Assembly: GCA_020054065.1 (NCBI GenBank)
Contig: JAGVLX010000021.1
Span: 17,262-81,261, forward strand
Reading direction: 5' to 3'
DNA: 64,000 nucleotides
DNA from: Parachlamydiales bacterium
Lineage (GTDB): Bacteria > Chlamydiota > Chlamydiia > Chlamydiales > JAEYWL01
Shown here: piece by piece, positions 24,408-33,674 of the stretch
Layout: every line of letters begins with the position of its first letter
Position numbering within the stretch: position 1 is the stretch's first letter
Program-made: the position numbers and the translations under genes
Notes under the pieces: generated by a model
What the model was told of the DNA's origin: nothing
Databases searched by the model: none
Seen by the model: the letters and a program-made list of their open reading frames with translations, nothing else

Positions 24408-25096
24408 AAGAGGCCCTCATCGAAATCATCAATCTCTCTAAACGATTTTTTAAACAGAACAAACACGTCACGGCGCTCGATCAAATTAGCCTAAAGATTT
24501 ATCGCGGCGAAACAGTGGGGATCATGGGACCGAGTGGCTGTGGAAAGTCAACCTTCGGTAAACTATTAATCCGCTTATTGGAACCCTGCGGGGGCGACAT
24601 CAAGTTTCATGGTCAATCGATCTTTACTTTTTCAAAAGCTGAGCTCAAGCAATTCCGTCGACATGCCCAAATTGTATTTCAAGATCCCTACTCATCGTTA
24701 AACCCGCGTTATACTGTCGGTGGTATCCTCAAAGAACCTTTTGAAATCCATACCGATCAGCCGAAGGATGTTGTGCATCAAGAAGTTGATCGGCTGCTGG
24801 ACCGAGTGGGGCTCAGTAAAAAAATGACCCACCGTTATCCACATGAACTAAGCGGCGGTCAAAGGCAAAGGGTGGCAATCGCCAGAGCCATCGCCCTACG
24901 CCCGCAGCTAATTGTTTTGGATGAACCTCTGTCGGCATTAGATGTGTCGATTCAAGCGCAAATCGTGAATCTGTTGCGTGAACTTAAACAAGAGTATTAT
25001 TTGACCTATGTCTTTATCTCGCATGACCAGACCATGGTTGAGTATTTTTCAGATGTAATCTACCACCACCAAAATGGGAAATTAATTAAGGATTAA
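24404..25096 (+). CDS. oppF: Oligopeptide ABC transporter ATPase (short form, 230 aa)
   Basis: GPSGCGKST, LSGGQRQR, LIVLDEPLSALD, FISHD. ATGA overlap with oppD. Lacks the usual C-terminal extension. Confidence 0.85.
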   Translation: MKEALIEIINLSKRFFKQNKHVTALDQISLKIYRGETVGIMGPSGCGKSTFGKLLIRLLEPCGGDIKFHGQSIFTFSKAELKQFRRHAQIVFQDPYSSLNPRYTVGGILKEPFEIHTDQPKDVVHQEVDRLLDRVGLSKKMTHRYPHELSGGQRQRVAIARAIALRPQLIVLDEPLSALDVSIQAQIVNLLRELKQEYYLTYVFISHDQTMVEYFSDVIYHHQNGKLIKD

Positions 25097-25098
25097 AA

Positions 25099-25156
25099 CA
25101 GGATCAGGACACACACGACAAAAATGTCCTGTTTGTCGTGTTGTCCCGGTCTTGTT
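25099..25156. repeat. Word-repeat hairpin (GGACA/CGACAAA family), copy 2
   Basis: aggacacacacgacaaa ... tttgtcgtgttgtcc, an imperfect version of the 18832 element, directly 3' of oppF. Confidence 0.7.
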
Positions 25157-25190
25157 TATTCAAGTTTAATTTCTGGACTTAAACCATCTA

Positions 25191-25219
25191 TTGCATTTTA
25201 TATTCATAAAAAATATGCT
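25191..25219 (+). promoter_or_regulatory. Candidate promoter of the giant gene
   Basis: TTGCAT-N17-TATGCT in an AT-rich spacer about 40 nt upstream of the ATG at 25261. Confidence 0.3.
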
Positions 25220-25260
25220 AGTTGGGATTTATTATTTTAATATTTTATTATTAAGGATTT

Positions 25261-28200
25261 ATGGAACCAGCCCCTGGTACTTTCCACCCACATCAAATTT
25301 CGCCTCCTCCTGTAGCAGCAGTTCAATCTGCGCCGCAAAGGCGACATAAAAACCACCATGTCCCCCGCCAACCCCGCTACACACCTAAGTACAAACCCAC
25401 CGATCAAATCAAAGCAACAGCTAACGACTGGGGTCTCACACGTCCTAACGGTCAATTGGAACAGAGGTTATTCGACACAGTTGGAACCATCCCGCTCGTG
25501 CCAGAAGAGGTGGAGCGCGTCAAGCAGGTCGTTCTTGAAAGAAAAGTTTCTGTTACCTACAAAACGTTTTCTTTTAACACCTCCTTCCTGATCAAAGAAG
25601 TCCTAAATCATATCAATGAAAATATCGTCAAAAAAGGGAAGGGCAGTACGAAGGAATTATTTGAGCAATTCTATTCGGCAGGCTCGGTTAACCTTTCAGC
25701 GACGGGTTTAAGCTACGCCCAGAGAACCTTTAAAGAACTTCTTAAAAAACACTTCTCTCAAGAGCCAGATGATGCCATCGAAGGCAGACTAAAGGTTCTA
25801 TTTACAAACTTGTTAGTCGATTTTTTGAAGCTTAACTACGCCCAGTCAATCACGGATATCGACATTCAAGGGTTGCTCTTGCGCATGGAAAATATTCCAC
25901 CGAATTTTCTTTATGCAGTAAATCAATACTATACTGATTTTGTCCAATCGAAAATTCCCCCCATTCTAGATCAAGAATCGCGTAAAAAAGCCCTAGAATT
26001 ATTAAAAAAGAAAATTCCCGATAAAGATAAAAACTTCGATTGGCTGACTCTGGAGCATCCTCAATTTGAATGGCATGTTGTCAACAACATTGGTTTTGAA
26101 AAAGTGAAGGTCGTGCCAAACACCTATGGCATTGTTGCATTTGGAACCCGGGGGACTTTGACGGTCGACTTTTTAACCGATTACCTTCGCGAGCCTGTCG
26201 ACCGCTTTCCCACCATGCGCATCCCTATAAAGGCACTATTGGGTAGCGCGCAAGCGAATCGGGTGCCGCACATTGTCCCTGAAGGGAAGTTTGTCATTCA
26301 ATGTGTATTGGATGAAGTGTTTGGAGTGTATAGGCCATTGATGCATAAGCGGGATGCTTATATCGCCTCCGATTACAGCTTCAAAAAATTATTAAAAACA
26401 TCTGTAAAAGGGAAGGTGTGTGTTTCAAAACGTGAGGGCGACTACACCACAATCGATGAACTGTACCATGCCGCATCTAATGAATCACAAAATCCTGACA
26501 ATTCCGTTGTAAAAAAAATATTAAAAAAGCACCCGAACTATTTTGGAGAGTTTGATAAGCAACAATGGTTATTTTTCTATCACATGCTGAAAGATACCGA
26601 CTTGCTTTATGACCCTTGTTCAGCGATTGCGGTCACGTACAACACCTGCAAGATTTTAGATGGACGTCTTCCGCCGGAACAAATCACCAAGCTCATCGAT
26701 AAATTAAAGAAATATTGGGCAAAAGTTCCAGCTGGTGAACAAGAGAAATCTGTCATTTACGCTATTGGAAAGCTTCTTTGCGACCATTCTACCCCCTTAA
26801 AAACAAGAATGGCATTAATAAACGTCTGTGCTTTTATGTTTTGCCAATCGAACATCTTAGGGCAAACCGACTATTCAAAGGTCGTTGTCTATCCCCGTTC
26901 AAACGGAACTGAAGCGCTTTCAGAAATCTCCCTCCCGGGAGGAAAAAACCCCTACACCCTTCAAACCAGCGCCGCCCACATCAATTCTGATCTCAGTGCG
27001 GTACTCACCTATCTAAGGTCGCCACTAAGTGAAGAACAACAGCGTCTCATTCAAAGAGTCATCAAAGGGTTATTCCCCCACTTGCCGTTTCCTGCAGCCG
27101 GTCAATCCCAGATGGCTGCTGACCTGCCATTTTTCAAAATCAACTATGCGCTATTTGAGAAAGCTGCCACGGACTGCCTAAACGATGCTAATCATACACT
27201 TAGATTATTCGGCCGAACCCTATACTTAGGCTTCCAATCCATGTCTAGGGGAAATCCATCCCCCTACCCCCTCTTATTAAATCTATTTGAACTGACTGGG
27301 GATTGGGAATTTGAAAATTTAAAACTCAATATTCAATCTCTCGTAGGATTTAATGCGAACGACCCGGTCTTTGAATCCTTAAAACCGATGAACGTCGCCC
27401 ACCAAGATTCAGCCACTCATGCTCCTGTTTCTGTTTTAATGCAAGCGTTAGCAAGATTGCCTAAACATGCAGCGGTCGCTTATGGGCTCTGGCAAAAAAA
27501 AATCGTAGACTCCTCTTCAAACAACGCTTTCTTTAAACTTGATTCAACCCTGGCTTTGTTCAAAATTTTCCAATCCGATCAAATCGGATATGCCCTTAGC
27601 GTACTAGGCTATGCAGCTGAAAGTAAAATCATTAACGTGGAAACGCAGATCTTGTGGCTTAACCAAATCATTAATTTACTTACACGACGTCCTGAAGAAA
27701 TTCCCATTCACATGCCGCGAATCGAACTGATCGCCCGGGCCCTAGGAGAGCGAACAATCACCCTCACAGAGCGCGGACAACTTTATGAAGCCTTAAGGTT
27801 AACTCCGGTCCATTCCCGTTCGTATCATTTCACACAGCTCGTGAAATCATTGGCTCCTGTACAAAAGGTGACGTCTGTTTCTCCTCCGCCTATTACAGCG
27901 ATGATGGCAGCTCCGATGGCGTTCATCACGCGCAGCACGATTCTTGCTTCGCCTCCGCCCGCCCCAGCCAGCGAAGGCAGTTCCAAATCATCATCCACCC
28001 CTACTGATTCAACACCCGCGGCAACCTTAGGGTCTGCGACGCCAAATGTGACTCCTCCGACGGTCATCGAAGTCATGAGACCGCTAACGCCGGGTGGATC
28101 GAGCGGATCACGGCGCGCTAAAAAAGCGATGGAAGCCGTTTCACAGCCCTTCCCCAACATCGGGGCAGCGCCTGCTGACGAAAAGAAAGTCGAACCAAAA

Positions 28201-31200
28201 CCTGTTACACCGCCACCAGAGCCTCCTAAGGAGAGCTCGATTCCTGGAGCTTACGCTCAAGCTCTCAAGAATGGGGCAGCCAAAACCCCCCAAGCCGCGA
28301 AGCCAGCAGCCCCAAAAACAACACCCACTCCGGCTCCCAAGCAGCCGCTTAAACCGGAAGCTAAAAAAGAGGCTCCTCCGGCTGCGGCTGAACCTAAGCC
28401 TCCGGCTGCCAAGATGGAGACGGTTCAAAAAACAGCAACCGTTTCGAAAGTGATCGTGGTTGAAGATCCAAAAGCGTACTTTAAAAAGAAAATCGCTGCC
28501 GTTTTGGAACTAGCCAAGAAGGACGCCTCACAGGCATGTTTTGAATTAACGGCGTTGATCAAAAGCAACCCCAAAGAGAGCGATCTGCTTCCAGCTGTAG
28601 AAGCCGTTGTTCAGTCTCTTTTAGAGAGTTCGTTATTTTTGACCGCACACAAGTTTTTGAAGTGCGCCGAATGTCAAAACCTCTATCAAACTCATCGAAC
28701 AGTCTATTATGCGCTGATTTTGAAAACAGCAGAATCGCTTAAGACAATGCTCACGCCTGAGCGGTTCAACGAAATTCAAGGAATAATCACCGATTTAACC
28801 GAATTCCTCATGAAGCTGATCGATCAAAATAAAGGGAACGAACTCACTTCAGCGCAAGCCTGTTCTACCATTGTCCTCATCGATTTGGCTGTATTTTCCG
28901 CCAAACAAGCTTCTAAACCCCTCACACCTGCTTTTGAAAAGTGCATTGCAAGAATTTATCCATGCCTCACGGCACTGGTGCAAAAAAATCCGCTGCATGC
29001 ATGCCTATTGCACCGGACAATGGTGCATACTGGCCAAAGAGCTGCGCTTGCTCCGCAAGCGGTTGTCCAGCTTCCTTCGCACCTGAAAGCCCTCTTAAGC
29101 AGCCAGCTCCCCACCGATCAGTTGGCCGTTGTTGCAGACGTTATGAATCAGCTTGAAGAGGAAGATCAAGTCAAGAAGCAGCCCGAATGGATCGAGGTCT
29201 TAAAATCAATCGCTCTAAAAGCCGCAACGACCAATCAACAAATTAAATATTTAACCCAGCTCATCCATTTAGCCAAGATCGATGAAGAGATCATGGAGTT
29301 GTTATTCAAGTGTCTTGAGCAGGCATTTGGAAAGGGAAACTCCGTGGAAGGGATATGGATCCTTGCGTTATTCCCTGCTTCCCATACCATTCAAATGAAG
29401 CCGCAATGGTTAGCGATTTATCTCCAATTTTTGGAGCGGTTACACATCACGAATCAGACCGATACTCTGATTGATGCCATCCGTAAAAATCCCTTCCCCT
29501 TAACCAGCGAAAACCGTACAAAGCTCCAATCGGCAATTAACGGCTATGTAGATGGATGCGCAGCGGCGAACGATCTTTCTGCGGATCAACTCATCGCTTT
29601 AATGGCCTTGTTGGAACTCTATCGCAATCCACATTACAAAACGTGGATGCGTATTGCGACTCGAGCTTTAGGCAGCGCCAACGGAAAAGCTGTGGAGGCG
29701 GTATGGAGACAGCTTCCATCCCTCACATCGCCATCAAGCCCCTTCAAATCCCGTGAAGCCCGCGAAGAGCTCGATGCCCTTATCTTACGCGCCGCCTCAG
29801 CCTTAAAATTTTGTCCGGCTGACGTTTTGCATAAAATTTTGGAGGATGATTCATCCTTAAGGCGTTTTGCCGAACTGCTGCCGCCGGAACAACGTGCTTC
29901 TCTGATCAGTTCGATCTTAGAATTATGGATCAACGTGCTGCGCCAGTCTAAAGAGGATGCCGCAGTCGAATGTTATCGGACAATTATTGAGTGGGGCATC
30001 CGCTGGAATCCCCTCGTTTGTAGCGCCCTATCCCCCTATGAACAAATTCGGTCCCCCCTATGCCTATTAGAATCCATCGCCAAAAGGAGCGACACTGTTC
30101 TCTTTGCACAAGCGATCGAGGAAGTCCGCAAGTTGGAAGAAACGATGGGAAGAATCGATAACAGTTCACCCCTGCGCGCCCACTACTGCGACATCCTAAC
30201 CGCATTGATCAACACCTGTGTGAGAATTAAAGATGAAGAGTACTCGCGAATGAAGAAACTCGATTTTGTTCAAATGTGCTTAAAATTTAAGTTGGAACCC
30301 GCCGTACTCATTAAGTTTCTACCCCTTTTCAATGAGTGGATCCCTAAGCCAGGCGGCGTTGCTTCAGATCCGCGTGTCTCAGAACGGATGGTGCCCATGG
30401 CTCTAGCTGTTGTTGAGAGATTTGTCAGCGAGCCCGCAGATGTACGGATAAATCGTAGCCAAATGAACTGTTATCCGTTGATCTCGCAAGCTTGTGAAGT
30501 GAATTTGGAACCGGATGCCGTCGATAAGTGCTACGCCATTGCCTTCAATGCCCGTTCTGAACTTGTCATGGCTCCTCAAGACCGTCATCGGATGTGTTGC
30601 GGGTTAGTATCCCGGAAATTAATCCCTGCAACCCAATCCGAGAATCCATCGGACTGGACCGCCGCAATCGCCTTTTACGAACAGCACCTCGATTATTTAA
30701 GAACCTACCCGGACAACTTCAAGGAAGTTCTGAACCATTTTACAAAATTATTAGTCTCGATTGCCATTTTTCATAAGAAATTTGAATACTTAGAAAAATC
30801 TTTCACAGCCTTGAATGAGAAAAAAGCGGCTGTAGATCAATCCAGGAATGGCGATCAGATCAAACAATTTGATGCCTACTATTTTAACTTCCTATTTTCC
30901 ATTATTCGCGCTAACAGCGAAATTATTCCCCTCATCAACACCGTTTCTAGTGAAGGGGTAAGGCTTATGGCAGACCATCACATTGAGGTCATGATGAAGA
31001 ATCTTAAACTTCTCATTGAACGGCAACGGCCGTTTTCTGCCGAAGAAATGGATGTAGTGGTTCACTGGGTGGCCGCTCTTTTAAGCCGGGAACCTAGATT
31101 GCCCTGCTTGACAGGGATGGAGGAACCTCCAACGAATTTTAGAAGCTCAAGCTCCTATCAACAAGCGATCGCTCTCCTCCAAGTCTTGCGAGAGTCTTCC

Positions 31201-32268
31201 GCCTTAGCGAAACATCCCAAACATGCACTCGAATTATACTTGCATGCCGATCTCACGGTCGATTTCAAGCACGCCTGCTGGACGAAGCTGAGTGAGCCAG
31301 ACCGTTTTGAGGCTTTGCGCCGAGTCTATAGCCGAATGAATCGACTCCTCCTTGAATGCCCGCAGCGCCATATCGCTGAGCAATTCATGTATATCATTAA
31401 AAATACCTTTTTAGTGATATTGGATGACCGGTTTTTGACACTGATGGACTTAACATTTCCTTCGATTGCAAATTTTGATGCGACGCAGCAATTTAAACTC
31501 GTGTGCACGTATCACGAATTGCTCACAACATTGCTGAATAAAAGCACGGTCGTCGCTCCGCTAAAAATATCTGTCCATCAAGCAAAGCTTAACTATCTAC
31601 TAGAATACAAATTTGAAGATGTCCATAAGCTAGCAGAATTTTTTGCGATTCATAATGAGATTGTAAAACTTTCTAAAGCTGCCAATGCAACCCATGATGC
31701 CAAACAAATCATTACGGTGCCGTTTGCCGCGAAAATTGTCAGCAACCAACTTGAATTCCTCAAACGCTTTTATGAAGAGGCAAGGAAAAATGAAGCCAAG
31801 GGAATGGGAAGAAGCCTGCCTGTCTTAGTATCAGAACAAATTAGAGACCATTTCCACGTGGTGTTAACGTCTGATGGGCAGCCGACTCAACTTCTCAACA
31901 CCTCTAAATATGTTGAATGGGCGGAGGTTTATGTCGACATGTTGACAACCACCATGTCTGCTAGGTCAACGCTATGCTCAGAAGAGCATCACATCATCAA
32001 TAAAGAATTATGCAGGACGGTGTATGAAATCCTAAGATTCGCCCCAAGCGGCGAGCCGCGCACACAATGCATGGTCAGATGGATCAAGAAATTAATCGAA
32101 CTGTCCACTCAAGGCAATCGTTATCACATGCTTGCCCTAGAGCTACTAGAATCGGCGAAGGAGCTGTCTGTCGGGGACGGTAAAAGGCGAGTTAAAAACG
32201 GTGAACCGCAATTCATCCTGGATCTGCGCTCATTAATTCAAAAAAAGAGTAAGGAATTTAAAAATTAA
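25261..32268 (+). CDS. Giant orphan protein (2335 aa): disordered N-terminus, central Pro/Ala/Lys-rich linker, long alpha-helical C-terminal half
   Basis: Uninterrupted 7-kb frame with AAGGA SD. The linker is encoded around 27870-28430. I recognise no catalytic motif. Confidence 0.7.
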   Translation: MEPAPGTFHPHQISPPPVAAVQSAPQRRHKNHHVPRQPRYTPKYKPTDQIKATANDWGLTRPNGQLEQRLFDTVGTIPLVPEEVERVKQVVLERKVSVTYKTFSFNTSFLIKEVLNHINENIVKKGKGSTKELFEQFYSAGSVNLSATGLSYAQRTFKELLKKHFSQEPDDAIEGRLKVLFTNLLVDFLKLNYAQSITDIDIQGLLLRMENIPPNFLYAVNQYYTDFVQSKIPPILDQESRKKALELLKKKIPDKDKNFDWLTLEHPQFEWHVVNNIGFEKVKVVPNTYGIVAFGTRGTLTVDFLTDYLREPVDRFPTMRIPIKALLGSAQANRVPHIVPEGKFVIQCVLDEVFGVYRPLMHKRDAYIASDYSFKKLLKTSVKGKVCVSKREGDYTTIDELYHAASNESQNPDNSVVKKILKKHPNYFGEFDKQQWLFFYHMLKDTDLLYDPCSAIAVTYNTCKILDGRLPPEQITKLIDKLKKYWAKVPAGEQEKSVIYAIGKLLCDHSTPLKTRMALINVCAFMFCQSNILGQTDYSKVVVYPRSNGTEALSEISLPGGKNPYTLQTSAAHINSDLSAVLTYLRSPLSEEQQRLIQRVIKGLFPHLPFPAAGQSQMAADLPFFKINYALFEKAATDCLNDANHTLRLFGRTLYLGFQSMSRGNPSPYPLLLNLFELTGDWEFENLKLNIQSLVGFNANDPVFESLKPMNVAHQDSATHAPVSVLMQALARLPKHAAVAYGLWQKKIVDSSSNNAFFKLDSTLALFKIFQSDQIGYALSVLGYAAESKIINVETQILWLNQIINLLTRRPEEIPIHMPRIELIARALGERTITLTERGQLYEALRLTPVHSRSYHFTQLVKSLAPVQKVTSVSPPPITAMMAAPMAFITRSTILASPPPAPASEGSSKSSSTPTDSTPAATLGSATPNVTPPTVIEVMRPLTPGGSSGSRRAKKAMEAVSQPFPNIGAAPADEKKVEPKPVTPPPEPPKESSIPGAYAQALKNGAAKTPQAAKPAAPKTTPTPAPKQPLKPEAKKEAPPAAAEPKPPAAKMETVQKTATVSKVIVVEDPKAYFKKKIAAVLELAKKDASQACFELTALIKSNPKESDLLPAVEAVVQSLLESSLFLTAHKFLKCAECQNLYQTHRTVYYALILKTAESLKTMLTPERFNEIQGIITDLTEFLMKLIDQNKGNELTSAQACSTIVLIDLAVFSAKQASKPLTPAFEKCIARIYPCLTALVQKNPLHACLLHRTMVHTGQRAALAPQAVVQLPSHLKALLSSQLPTDQLAVVADVMNQLEEEDQVKKQPEWIEVLKSIALKAATTNQQIKYLTQLIHLAKIDEEIMELLFKCLEQAFGKGNSVEGIWILALFPASHTIQMKPQWLAIYLQFLERLHITNQTDTLIDAIRKNPFPLTSENRTKLQSAINGYVDGCAAANDLSADQLIALMALLELYRNPHYKTWMRIATRALGSANGKAVEAVWRQLPSLTSPSSPFKSREAREELDALILRAASALKFCPADVLHKILEDDSSLRRFAELLPPEQRASLISSILELWINVLRQSKEDAAVECYRTIIEWGIRWNPLVCSALSPYEQIRSPLCLLESIAKRSDTVLFAQAIEEVRKLEETMGRIDNSSPLRAHYCDILTALINTCVRIKDEEYSRMKKLDFVQMCLKFKLEPAVLIKFLPLFNEWIPKPGGVASDPRVSERMVPMALAVVERFVSEPADVRINRSQMNCYPLISQACEVNLEPDAVDKCYAIAFNARSELVMAPQDRHRMCCGLVSRKLIPATQSENPSDWTAAIAFYEQHLDYLRTYPDNFKEVLNHFTKLLVSIAIFHKKFEYLEKSFTALNEKKAAVDQSRNGDQIKQFDAYYFNFLFSIIRANSEIIPLINTVSSEGVRLMADHHIEVMMKNLKLLIERQRPFSAEEMDVVVHWVAALLSREPRLPCLTGMEEPPTNFRSSSSYQQAIALLQVLRESSALAKHPKHALELYLHADLTVDFKHACWTKLSEPDRFEALRRVYSRMNRLLLECPQRHIAEQFMYIIKNTFLVILDDRFLTLMDLTFPSIANFDATQQFKLVCTYHELLTTLLNKSTVVAPLKISVHQAKLNYLLEYKFEDVHKLAEFFAIHNEIVKLSKAANATHDAKQIITVPFAAKIVSNQLEFLKRFYEEARKNEAKGMGRSLPVLVSEQIRDHFHVVLTSDGQPTQLLNTSKYVEWAEVYVDMLTTTMSARSTLCSEEHHIINKELCRTVYEILRFAPSGEPRTQCMVRWIKKLIELSTQGNRYHMLALELLESAKELSVGDGKRRVKNGEPQFILDLRSLIQKKSKEFKN

Positions 32269-32318
32269 ACCTTGCGTTTTTATAATTATTTGTTTATAAT
32301 ATTTGAAACCTTTTAATT

Positions 32319-33512
32319 TTGGAACATATGCAGCCTACCCCCACAAAATCCCATACCATCGCAACTGGACTAGCGATGTTTTCGATGTTTTTTGGAGCCG
32401 GGAATGTCGTTTTTCCGCTGGCTGTAGGTCAATATGCTGAGAACAACACCATTTGGGCCATTCTGGGGCTTTTAGTCACCGCTGTTGGCGTCCCGTTTTT
32501 GGGATTGATTGCCATGACTCTTTTTAATGGCAATTACACCCATTTTTTTGAACGAGTCGGCAAAATTCCCGGGTTTTTAGTCGCGCTCGTCATCATGGCG
32601 TTGATTGGGCCACTTGGAGCGATCCCACGCTGCATTACCCTTTCACACTCCACATTGTTGATGTATTTTCCGGATTTGATCTCCTTAAAGGCATTCAGCA
32701 TTCTCTCTTGTGTGATCATTTTCTTATTTACCTTTCGCAAAAACAACATTTTGGACGTGCTAGGGTACGTGCTCACTCCCGTCTTGCTGCTAACGTTGGT
32801 CATTATCATCGTCAGAGGAATTTTAATCTCGCCTGACGCCCCCCTTTCTCCGCTTCCAGAATCAACCGTTTTTTTGAAAGGGTTGAACGATGGGTATTTG
32901 ACGATGGACCTGCTGGGTGCTTTGTTTTTCTCTTCGATTGTGTTGAATTGCCTGGAGTCAGATCCTGTCGCACGCGGCGATAAAAAGAATTATAAAAAGC
33001 TTGTGTTCATGACACTGAAAGCGAGTATGATTGGGGCATCGCTCCTCGCGATTATTTACATTGGGTTTAGTTATGTAGCGTCATTTAACAGTGTGCTTTT
33101 AGAAGGAGTGCCGACCGATCAGCTGCTTGGAGCGCTTGCCTTGCATATCTTAGGACCCTATGCAGGGATTGTGGCGATTGCTGCTGTGGCTCTAGCCTGT
33201 TTGACAACAGCGATTGCATTAGCAGCGGTGTTTGCAGAATTTTTGCATTTGACGGTGACCCAGAATAAGCTACCCTATATCCCCGCTTTAATCGTAACGT
33301 TGGTCATCACCTATTTCGTATCCACATTAAGTTTTGCAGGGATTGCCCACTACTTAGTGCCGGCGCTGGTGATTATTTACCCAGCGTTAATTGTGCTGAC
33401 GGTGGTGAACATCCTGCATAAATTGCACCACTTCAAGCCTGTGGTCATTCCGTTTTTTGCTACCTTAGCTCTGTCTTGCGCATTCTATTTCCGGGATTTC
33501 CTTGGATTTTAA
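32319..33512 (+). CDS. brnQ: Branched-chain amino acid transport system II carrier
   Basis: FSMFFGAGNVVFPLAVG and multi-TM topology match BrnQ/LIVCS. The start is either TTG at 32319 or ATG at 32328. Confidence 0.85.
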   Translation: MEHMQPTPTKSHTIATGLAMFSMFFGAGNVVFPLAVGQYAENNTIWAILGLLVTAVGVPFLGLIAMTLFNGNYTHFFERVGKIPGFLVALVIMALIGPLGAIPRCITLSHSTLLMYFPDLISLKAFSILSCVIIFLFTFRKNNILDVLGYVLTPVLLLTLVIIIVRGILISPDAPLSPLPESTVFLKGLNDGYLTMDLLGALFFSSIVLNCLESDPVARGDKKNYKKLVFMTLKASMIGASLLAIIYIGFSYVASFNSVLLEGVPTDQLLGALALHILGPYAGIVAIAAVALACLTTAIALAAVFAEFLHLTVTQNKLPYIPALIVTLVITYFVSTLSFAGIAHYLVPALVIIYPALIVLTVVNILHKLHHFKPVVIPFFATLALSCAFYFRDFLGF

Positions 33513-33653
33513 AAAGTGATTTGGAGTGCGGTAACTTGTTACCGCTTTCAATAGCGCGACTTGTCGCGCGTACGAAAAAAATCGTTTATCAATACGCGTG
33601 ACCAGTCACGCTAAACAAAGCGGTAACAAGTTACCGCACTCCAAATCACTTTT
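33512..33653. repeat. 142-bp composite palindromic element at a convergent junction
   Basis: Perfect 37-bp terminal inverted repeats (33512-33548 / 33617-33653). Four internal GCG...CGC mini-palindromes: gcggtaac-tt-gttaccgc, gcgcgac-tt-gtcgcgc, gcgtgac-ca-gtcacgc and gcggtaac-aa-gttaccgc. Confidence 0.85.
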
Positions 33654-33674
33654 AAATTCTGTGGTGATATTGAT

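Noticed and set aside
24404-25096. oppF as a pseudogene truncated by the adjacent GGACA repeat
   Set aside because: All ABC ATPase core motifs are intact (Walker A, LSGGQ, Walker B, H-loop) and it is translationally coupled to oppD. Short OppF/DppF forms exist, so it is treated as functional.
25237-25455. 72-aa minus-strand ORF overlapping the start of the giant gene, and the 27825-28453 ORFs in its Pro-rich linker
   Set aside because: They are antisense or alternative frames of a continuous 7-kb ORF, with no SD and biased nonsense composition.
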